Shown here: piece after piece, positions 35,512 through 43,149 of the stretch
Numbering within the stretch: position 1 is the first letter of the stretch
Layout: each line of letters starts with the position of its first letter
DNA from: Asterionella formosa
Taxonomy: Eukaryota
Reading direction: 5' to 3'
Length of the DNA stretch: 43,149 nt
Assembly: GCA_002256025.1 (NCBI GenBank)
Contig: NKIB01014458.1
Coordinates: 1-43,149, forward strand
The notes under the pieces: generated by a model
Database searches by the model: none
Seen by the model: only the letters and a program-made list of their open reading frames with translations
Told to the model about the DNA's origin: nothing
Translations under genes and position numbers: made by a program

Positions 35512-36480
35512 ATGGCAGGTGCTTCTGACACCATTGGCGTAGGCTTCGGCACAGCCGCACTCGGCGACCAATGCCACAATGTCGTTTTAATGGCACTAAA
35601 GGCGGGATTTCGTAAATTTGATACTGCCGAAGCGGACTGGTGGTACGATCAAAAGGGCGTGGGAACCGCGTTACAAGCGTTTTTCCGTGAGTGTTCGGAC
35701 GAGCAGTCCTGCGCGAGGACATGTGCTTCGGAGGATATTCGAGTATCCACCAAAATACCTCCCTGGTCATTGACTTCGGCATCGAATATTCGTGCGAACG
35801 CCGCGGCGAGTCGAGAGGAACTTGTTGGTTTCTGTCGTGATGTTTCCATTCACGACGCAAGTAATGGTGTTGTGGAAGATCGTCCCTTTCCTCTAGATGT
35901 TTACTACATTCATGCACCAGAGTGCTGGGATGGATGGCACCATCGTTGTAATAATGCGCCTCCTGCCCTTGCCTTGCGAGATTCTTGGATGGCAATGGAG
36001 GCCGTCGTTGGGATCGATCACTCCGCACGTCGAATTGGCCTTTCTAATGTTTCCCCACACCAACTCCGAGACATTATTCAATTTGTCAAGGAACGCCCGA
36101 CAGAATCTTATCCACCTCCAAGAATGCCGGACGTATTACAAGCGTTTGCAGATCCGCTCTCACCCAGCGAGGAACTGCGACGGATTTGCGAATTTCATGG
36201 CATTGAATTCGTTTCCTATTCCACATTGGGCACACAGCATCAAGGTGCAAATGAAAATTCCAACCCTGTGTTGACTAGCGATATTGTCCGAAGTTTAGCA
36301 CAACGACATGGGCGGAGTGTGGCAGAAGTTGTCCTGAGTTGGGCCTTGCAGAAAAATATGAGTGTCATTCCAAGGTCGACGAAGGAGCACCACATTGCCG
36401 AATTGGCCAACCTTTTATCGCAGCCTCCCTTTTTGAGTCCAGAAGATTTGGAAGCTATTGATTCTATGAAGTTAAATTAG
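35512..36480 (+). CDS. Aldo-keto reductase
   Basis: VGFGT, GFRKFDTA...Y (Asp/Tyr), VSTK (Lys), YYIHAP (His), RIGLSN, SYSTLG, LSWALQ and VIPRS. Carries Cys-containing insertions. Confidence 0.92.
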   Translation: MAGASDTIGVGFGTAALGDQCHNVVLMALKAGFRKFDTAEADWWYDQKGVGTALQAFFRECSDEQSCARTCASEDIRVSTKIPPWSLTSASNIRANAAASREELVGFCRDVSIHDASNGVVEDRPFPLDVYYIHAPECWDGWHHRCNNAPPALALRDSWMAMEAVVGIDHSARRIGLSNVSPHQLRDIIQFVKERPTESYPPPRMPDVLQAFADPLSPSEELRRICEFHGIEFVSYSTLGTQHQGANENSNPVLTSDIVRSLAQRHGRSVAEVVLSWALQKNMSVIPRSTKEHHIAELANLLSQPPFLSPEDLEAIDSMKLN

Positions 36481-36759
36481 ATTCTTTTCCTTCTCCATGA
36501 GTGTCACTCGGACTCCTCGAACCGAGTCGTATGTAGCATTGTTATCTGATTGCAAATGTCGTGTTGTCGTCATTCACGATGGAGTTGCGTCATTAGGGAC
36601 TTGCTGACGTCCCAAGTGGAACAACATCGTGCGAGCCGCGTCGTCCTCGCGCTGCTTTGTTGCTGTTGGTCAACCACGAATGCTTCTTGCGCCATCATGA
36701 GACGACATCATTTGAGATGGTGCCCTCTCAGATTCGGTCAGTCGGCCGTCCGCCGTGAA

Positions 36760-36940
36760 TGCAGTACCAGGTACAGGACAAGACATCATGTGCTACTGGA
36801 GTACCTGGTACCTGGTATCAGGTACACCGTACCAGGGTAGAACTGTTCACTCGGAGTACTACTACCGTAGACTATTTTATTGTACTTAGGATTCGTACCG
36901 GTACTATCTCTATTGGACACTACGTGGTTGGTACCACCAC
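36760..36940. repeat. TACC(W)GGTA / GGTACC motif cluster upstream of ABCF
   Basis: GTACCAGGTAC, GTACCTGGTACCTGGTATCAGGTAC, GTACCAGGGTA, GTACCGGTAC, GGTACC. Confidence 0.85.
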
Positions 36941-37094
36941 CACCACCAGAAACAAACAACAAGCCAACACGAAGGTAACGAAAATATGGTTCACAGCAAG
37001 AACGACCGAAACAACAGCGACTCATTGTTGCATTTGCCTTGATTCCCTCCACCTGACTACCTGCAATTAAAGGATATCGCTCCATCTCTACAAC

Positions 37095-39456
37095 ATGTCG
37101 AAGTGGAACGAGAAAAAGGCCAAAAAGGCCGAATTCGCCATGAATAAGGAGCTGGAAACTGCGGGGGAGAGCATTGAAGACAAGCTGGCCACTGATACTC
37201 GTGATGCAGCCATGGGCAAGGGAGACGAAGAGCTGTACGAGAAGAAGCTTTCCAAGGATGAAAAGAAGGCATTGGCCAAGGCGAAGCGAGATGCTAAGAA
37301 GAAGGTACGTTGCTGGATGACCATGTGAGTGTCGGCAAGGACTCATTCACCCCCACTGACAGAGCCAACGAATCTCCGAATCCACAGGCCAAGGGGAGCG
37401 ATAAGGACGACGACGACAAGCCGCTAGAGGAGGAGAAAAAGTCAGAAGACTTGTTTGATACTTCCAAAATGACATCGAAAGAAAGAAAGCGTGCTGCGGC
37501 CTTGGACAACCTCACGGCGCAGGATATTATTGTCACGTATGAAGCCAAAAAGGGAAAGCTGCACGAAAACACGCGTGATATCAATGTCAGTGGAGTAACC
37601 GTGACCTTTCACAGTCGCCCGTTGATTGAAGATACGGAAGTTGTTATCAACTATGGTAACAGATACGGGCTCATCGGACCCAATGGGAGTGGCAAGGTCA
37701 GTGTTAATTCCACCTTTTTGGAGCATTGGGGTCATCGAATATGCAGCTAACACGAGGTTTTTTTGTAACAGTCTACCCTTATGAAAGCGATCGCAGCTCG
37801 TGCTATTCCAATTCCAGATGCTATTGATATCTACTTCCTCGACGCAGAATACGAGGCATCGGATACCATTACTGCCCTGGAAGCTGTTCTGGATGTCCAG
37901 GACGAAGTCACTGAGCTGGAGCAACGGGCTGAAGCACTCAGCAATGCTATGGGCGAATGTGGTGATGATGAGGCCAAACAGGCCGCGGTACAAGGAGAAT
38001 TGGAAATGGTGTATGAAAAATTGGACGCCATGGATATTAATACTGCAGAAGCCAGAGCATCGACAATTCTACATGGTCTTGGATTTACTGCCAAAATGCA
38101 GGGCATGAAAACAAAGGAGTTTAGTGGAGGATGGCGGATGCGTGTCGCTCTTGCACGAGCCCTTTTTTTGAGGCCGGAATTTTTGCTCCTAGATGAACCA
38201 ACCAATCAGTGCGTAATTGTGACTACATGCTGCGGAGCTCGTGCATTTCTATTGTTTCTAACTTCTTTGTCTTTCCTTTGTTGTCAGTTTGGATATGGAT
38301 GCTGTCCTGTGGCTGGAGGACTACCTGTCAAACTGGGATAAGATTCTCTTTTTTGTCTGCCATTCTCAGGATTTTATGAACAATGTCTGCACTCACATTG
38401 TTCGTCTGGACCCAACGTTTAAGAAGCTGCGATATTACGGTGGGAACTACGATACCTATGTTCAGACCCGGCGTGATCAAGATATGGTTCAAATGCGTGC
38501 ATACGAGGCAGAGCAGAAAGACATTGCTGACATTAAGGATTTCATCGCCCGCTTCGGTCACGGTACCGCCAAGTTGGTCAGACAGGCGCAGTCGAGAGAA
38601 AAGCTTCTTGAAAAGAAATTAGCAGCTGGTCTTACAGAAATGCCTGAAGAGATTAAGATGTGGGATTGGACGTTCCCGGATGCTGGACAACTTCCAGTTC
38701 CAGTCTTAGCAATTGAGAACGTCACTTTCGCTTACCCCAACAGTGAATTCTTGTATAAGAATGTCGACTTTGGTATTGATTTACAAACTCGCGTGGCCCT
38801 TGTTGGCCCAAATGGAGCGGGTAAAACAACGCTGATTAAGTTGATTTGCGGAGAGCTGCTGCCCACCAAAGGTCAGATCAAGAAAAATCAGCATTTGAAG
38901 ATTTCTCGATTTACTCAACATTTCGAGGAGAAGCTTGACTTGTCAATGACTCCTTTGGACTTCTTCAAGCAAGTCGTCATGCCCACACAATCCATTGAGC
39001 AGATCAGACCGCTTCTTGGACGTTATGGATGTACTGGCGATATGCAATCTCAAGTGATGAATCAGCTCAGTGCTGGACAAAAAGCGAGAATTGTTTTTGC
39101 GATCATCGCATGGGAAAGGCCTCATTTGCTGCTACTAGATGAGCCGGTATGTATATATCTGATGAAAGTTGGATGATTGATATTTGGACAAAACTTGAGA
39201 CTTACACAAGTTCTTCTCATCCCAGACAAATCCACTTGATATGGAGTCCATTGATGCCTTGGCTCGTTGTCTCAATAGCTTCAAGGGAGGAGTCCTCATG
39301 ATTTCTCACGACATGCGGCTGATTTCTCAATGCGCCGAAGAGATTTTCATTTGCGACGAGAAGAAGATCACCAAGTACCAGGGTGACATCATGGACTTCA
39401 AGATGCATACTCGAAAAGAAAACAACAAAAAGTTGGCTCAACATATGAATGGATAA
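37095..39456 (+). CDS. ABC-F family soluble ATPase (ABCF2-like); 5 exons (37095-37304, 37388-37696, 37772-38208, 38288-39146, 39226-39456), 681 aa
   Basis: Two NBDs (GPNGSGKST / FSGGWRMR / LLLDEPTNHLD and GPNGAGKTT / LSAGQKAR / LLLDEPTNPLD), linker FIARFGHG..KL.RQAQS, no TM segments. Exon sum is 2046 nt. Confidence 0.95.
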
Positions 39457-40004
39457 TCTTCTTTATGATGGAGGGTCCATGTGCCTCATATTTTTAGTAC
39501 ATTTTTAGTCTGTGCCACAATTGTCTGGACTGGACAAATTCGTGATCCATAGGGCTCCATCAAGTTATAATCCACACAATGTGCCACTTGTTTTGATGAT
39601 GGCACTTGGGAAGAACCGGATATCTTAATTCCATTTCCCGAGACAGTTATAGGACTGCTGGTACAGTCAGGTCCTTTGTGTTTGGTGAACCACTGGGGCA
39701 GGGGTGGTGCCAGGTACCAGTACCCACACAGGTAACGGTAATCCAACCAACCCGGAAGTTGCTTTAGAAGACGGTTCATACTATAAAGGACTCGTAGCTA
39801 AATTTCTCATTTCTCACCCCAGCAGCTATGATTGAAGATGATTGTTATGGTACCTGGTACCGGTATTCCCTTCCACCTGTGCCCAATTCGGCCCCATGAT
39901 GATTGCAGGCCCCGAGACGAGAAGCTTTTGGAGTTCACTGCATAAATGTCCATTATAGCCAAGTCAAAAACGCTGCTTTGTTGCATCTCTGATAGTCCCA
40001 AACC

Positions 40005-41108
40005 ATGTCAGATTTGCCGATTAACTTGCACGAAGTTCCCATCATTGATTTGTCCGAACCCGAGGAAGCCCTAGTCGAAAAGGTTGCAAATGCTTGCTCG
40101 ACCTATGGATTCTTTCAAGTCACTTCGCACCAAGTTCCACTGGACACCTTTCGAGACCAGATGAAAGGCTATTTTTCCCTTCCCTCTGAAACCAAGCTTG
40201 GATGGAAACGCAATGAACATAACGCACGGGGTTACTTCGATGATGAACTAACAAAGCAAAAGCGAGACTGGAAAGAATGTCTTGACTTTGGCGTCCCCGG
40301 CTCTAGAGATTGGACTTTGGATGACGATGATTCTGCGAATGCATGTCTTGATGGCGTGAATATTTTTCCGTCGAGCGAACAGCTACCAGGTTTTAGACAA
40401 ATTGTTGTGGACTATTTCAACGATTGCGCAGAGCTTTCAGATCGTATTGCGAAGCTAATGGCTCTTGGTATGGGAGCTTCTCCCGAGGATGATTTCTTCA
40501 GGGATATGAAAGAAAACCATTCCTCCTATCTTCGACTGAATTACTATCGCCCTTTCCCCTCAAAAGAGGATGACCCAGCTGATATAGACAAACCTCTCGG
40601 GATATCCCCTCATCGCGACGCAGGATTCCTTACTGTGCTTGTTCAAGACGATGATTGCCACTCTCTCCAGGTTTACATGGAAGATTCCAAGGAATGGATC
40701 ACTGTTGTTCCAGTGCCTGGGGCATTGACTATAAATACTGGCGATATGGCAATGATCTGGAGCAATGGTAAATATCGGGCACCATTACATCGAGTCCGAA
40801 CGGATCCCGAGAAACAGAGATATTCCGCTCCATTCTTTTACAATCCAGGCTACTCATGTTGGGTAAAGCCATTGAATGAAGAAGTAGCAATCTACCGGCC
40901 TTGTCTTTGGGGTTACTTTCGAGCCGTACGCTTTGCAGGAGATTTGACTGATTTGGGCGTCGAAATCCAGACAAGTGATTATTTGAAAACGGAAGTTTCC
41001 AATCACATTGAAAAACAGAAAGTCTTTGAAACCAAGGCTGACTTCCGCGAATCATTTAGCGTTGCGAAATATCGCCCTTTGCTACAAAATATGAGTGAAA
41101 CATTGTAG
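40005..41108 (+). CDS. 2OG-Fe(II) dioxygenase, IPNS/DIOX_N-like
   Basis: VPIIDLS, ACSTYGFFQVTSHQV, RDWKE, LRLNYY, HRDAGFLTVL (HxD), NTGDMAMIWSNG...HRV and RYSAPFF (RxS). Confidence 0.95.
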   Translation: MSDLPINLHEVPIIDLSEPEEALVEKVANACSTYGFFQVTSHQVPLDTFRDQMKGYFSLPSETKLGWKRNEHNARGYFDDELTKQKRDWKECLDFGVPGSRDWTLDDDDSANACLDGVNIFPSSEQLPGFRQIVVDYFNDCAELSDRIAKLMALGMGASPEDDFFRDMKENHSSYLRLNYYRPFPSKEDDPADIDKPLGISPHRDAGFLTVLVQDDDCHSLQVYMEDSKEWITVVPVPGALTINTGDMAMIWSNGKYRAPLHRVRTDPEKQRYSAPFFYNPGYSCWVKPLNEEVAIYRPCLWGYFRAVRFAGDLTDLGVEIQTSDYLKTEVSNHIEKQKVFETKADFRESFSVAKYRPLLQNMSETL

Positions 41109-41111
41109 GAC

Positions 41112-42161
41112 TTAGGAGGTGGACATGACTAGAAGTTTTATCTTTTTTGCCTTCATCGATTTCAAAACATTTTGTGCTCGTGCAATTCGTCGTTTACGCC
41201 ATTCTTCATAGCGTAGTTTTTCTCCCAAAGGTAGCATCAATTCTTGATCCGGATCCAACCCGACAAATAGAGCAAGACAGCTGCGTGGATCTCCTTCTTG
41301 TGTTGGAACAACTTGATGCAGAGTCGATGGAAGAAACCCGTCCGACAACTCAGAAAGGCAATCCCCAATATTCACGACAAAGACGGGATCATCCTCCCCA
41401 ACATCACTGGGTAGTCTGACATTTACCCAGCTATCATCATCGGCACGTTGTAAGGTTGCACATCCTCCATTGTCGAATAGGAGCATGGTAATTACACCTA
41501 CATCCGTGTGAGGAGCAATGAGAGTGGTTTGGGGTTTTCGTTTGTGCCTACTGCCTACACGGTAGCCGAGCAAGGTGAGTATGGAAGTGTTGGCCACCAC
41601 ATTTGGGTTCTGAAAGACACTTATGGAATTCTTCAGCTCTGGATGGTGCACAAGCATCGCATCGCTGATGGCACGAACCACAGCCTGCGCAGTATGGTTG
41701 GCTACCTGATAGTAATTCTGGAGCGCGGATTGAAATTTCTGTGATTGGTTCCATTGAGGCCACACATTAGGAGCTAGCAACGCCGACTCGCCTCTGCCGT
41801 GTAAAGGGCCGATACGATATTTGCGAACCAAATCATTTGGGGCTTCGTCGCCCACCAACGAAGCGAAATTTTCCGTGCACATCGGCGAGTATCCTCGTCT
41901 CGCTCTGTCCTTGGTAAGACAGGAGCGGCGAACAGTTTCGTCTGCGTCGTGAAGGAACTCTCTAGTTGCGTTCAAAGCGGACCTGCAAAGACTCTTTGAT
42001 ATGCCAGTTCCAGATACATAGCAAAAGCCAGACTGTCTCAATTGATCCCAGAGGATGTTTGCGGTAGCCCTTCGCTCGTCCATCGTAGCTAAGTCGTTCA
42101 GATAGCTTGATACATTGACTGCGGTCTCATGAAAACCGGAACTTTCTGTCTCTTGAATCAT
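41112..42161 (-). CDS. 2OG-Fe(II) dioxygenase, IPNS/DIOX_N-like (divergent)
   Basis: GFCYVSGTGI, RRGYSP...EN, HTDVGVITML (HxD), VVNIGDCL...STLHQV and RSCLALF. The start is uncertain; ATG 42161 gives 349 aa, and the longer track start lies in likely non-coding DNA. Confidence 0.9.
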   Translation of the reverse strand: MIQETESSGFHETAVNVSSYLNDLATMDERRATANILWDQLRQSGFCYVSGTGISKSLCRSALNATREFLHDADETVRRSCLTKDRARRGYSPMCTENFASLVGDEAPNDLVRKYRIGPLHGRGESALLAPNVWPQWNQSQKFQSALQNYYQVANHTAQAVVRAISDAMLVHHPELKNSISVFQNPNVVANTSILTLLGYRVGSRHKRKPQTTLIAPHTDVGVITMLLFDNGGCATLQRADDDSWVNVRLPSDVGEDDPVFVVNIGDCLSELSDGFLPSTLHQVVPTQEGDPRSCLALFVGLDPDQELMLPLGEKLRYEEWRKRRIARAQNVLKSMKAKKIKLLVMSTS

Positions 42162-42735
42162 TACAGTTTTGTCTTGTTTAATGGAAGGCGACTGGCAAAG
42201 CCCACGCGGAAGATGGATCCTTCTGCAAATATTTTGCAAAGCGAGCAAAAAGTCGATGATGTCGAACTGATGGACAAAAGGTTTCCTACAATGGCGGCGG
42301 GACGGACACACAGGAGTGCTTGGCCGGAAGGTGCAGTTCGCTCGTATCGTACAGTACATACAATACTTCACCTCCGCAATCATGTGCATTTATACATCAA
42401 ATTTTCGGCTCATGATTCATGGGGCATGAATAAATAAATACACATACCGGTAGGTACCGGTACATGCTTGCATCACCAAAGAATAATCATTGATATATTC
42501 ATATGGCTGGGTGCATGATCGAAGAACATATAGTAGCTCTAGTAGGCCTGGTACAAACCATTATTTCTAAAAATATAGCTAAATATTTTGTGCGATGAAT
42601 CTCTTGTTGTTACAACCATCACCATGTTGATTGCGCTCGGTTGGTTCCCTTTGCTTCCCTTCAGTGCCTTGTGTTTTGCGATATAGTATTAGAACCGTGA
42701 TCATAGCGCTGATCGGAAACCAAACCGCAAAACAG

Positions 42736-43149
42736 ATGACATCAAACTTTCAGTTGTTTGGACGATATTTTTCTTTGGTGATGGCGGAGTCATCACTACG
42801 TGGGCGCTGGATTCCGGCCGACCTCCTCATTCACTACATGAACCAAAAATTCAACATTGGAAGCGACATGCTATTGACTACGCGAACATTGATGACATAC
42901 ATGAACAAGTGCTACCCTTCAATGTCCTATGATCCCAATAGAATCACCATTCCAAGTGGCACAGTGGTGGACTTCTATAGAGCCAACTGTCAAGTCAAGA
43001 GCGTCCGCTACAACCTATTCTTCTTTTCTGACCATGGTTCTCCTGCTCCTTTGTTTCCGAAGAACAGTAATGTCGCTTCTTTTCTTAATAATAGCGTCAC
43101 AAAGCGACTATTAGGGGGTTCAAGGCAAATTCGAACTGCAGAGGTGATG
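42736..43149 (+). CDS. Unknown ORF, open to the right window edge (at least 138 aa), possibly transposon-borne
   Basis: Hand translation MTSNFQLFGRYFSLVMAESSLRGRWIPADLLIHYMNQKFNIG...RQIRTAEVM has no stop. No recognisable motif. Missing from the ORF track because it is truncated. Confidence 0.45.
   Translation, partial: MTSNFQLFGRYFSLVMAESSLRGRWIPADLLIHYMNQKFNIGSDMLLTTRTLMTYMNKCYPSMSYDPNRITIPSGTVVDFYRANCQVKSVRYNLFFFSDHGSPAPLFPKNSNVASFLNNSVTKRLLGGSRQIRTAEVM

Noticed and set aside
37095..39456. ABC exporter for a cluster product
   Set aside because: It is an ABC-F protein with no transmembrane domains; this family is ribosome-associated, not a transporter.
32881..42161. Domoic/kainic acid (dab/kab) cluster, suggested by P450 + 2OG dioxygenases
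   Set aside because: No DabA/KabA-like N-prenyltransferase (terpene-cyclase fold) is present in the window, and the dioxygenases show only generic family motifs.

Overview
Eukaryotic nuclear DNA, most likely a diatom or other ochrophyte. This is inferred from short GT-AG introns, compact genes, a signal peptide followed by an 'A|F' plastid-type targeting motif, and diatom-like transposon families; it is not proven. I find 13 apparently intact genes: DJ-1/PfpI, JMJD4-like JmjC, a 3-exon FAM173-like methyltransferase, a 5-exon copine, NOP2, an SLC37-like MFS transporter, a fused CER1/CER3-type protein, a TPR-like protein, a cytochrome P450, an aldo-keto reductase, an ABCF ATPase and two convergent 2OG-Fe(II) dioxygenases. 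One further ORF runs off the right edge. For the six spliced genes I read the exon boundaries by hand and the summed exon lengths stay in frame. Between the genes are the 5' end of a Ty1/copia element, decayed Plavaka-like, PIF/Harbinger and Tc1/IS630-like transposase relics, and a non-autonomous TIR element. Three things stand out. (1) A single-chain CER1/CER3 protein keeps both the decarbonylase His boxes and the reductase Cys/Rossmann motifs, making it a candidate one-enzyme hydrocarbon synthase. (2) It lies within about 19 kb of a P450, an AKR and two 2OG dioxygenases, a possible but unproven metabolic cluster. (3) Palindromic TACC(W)GGTA/GGTACC motif clusters sit upstream of nearly every gene. 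All family assignments come from motif recognition; no searches were run.
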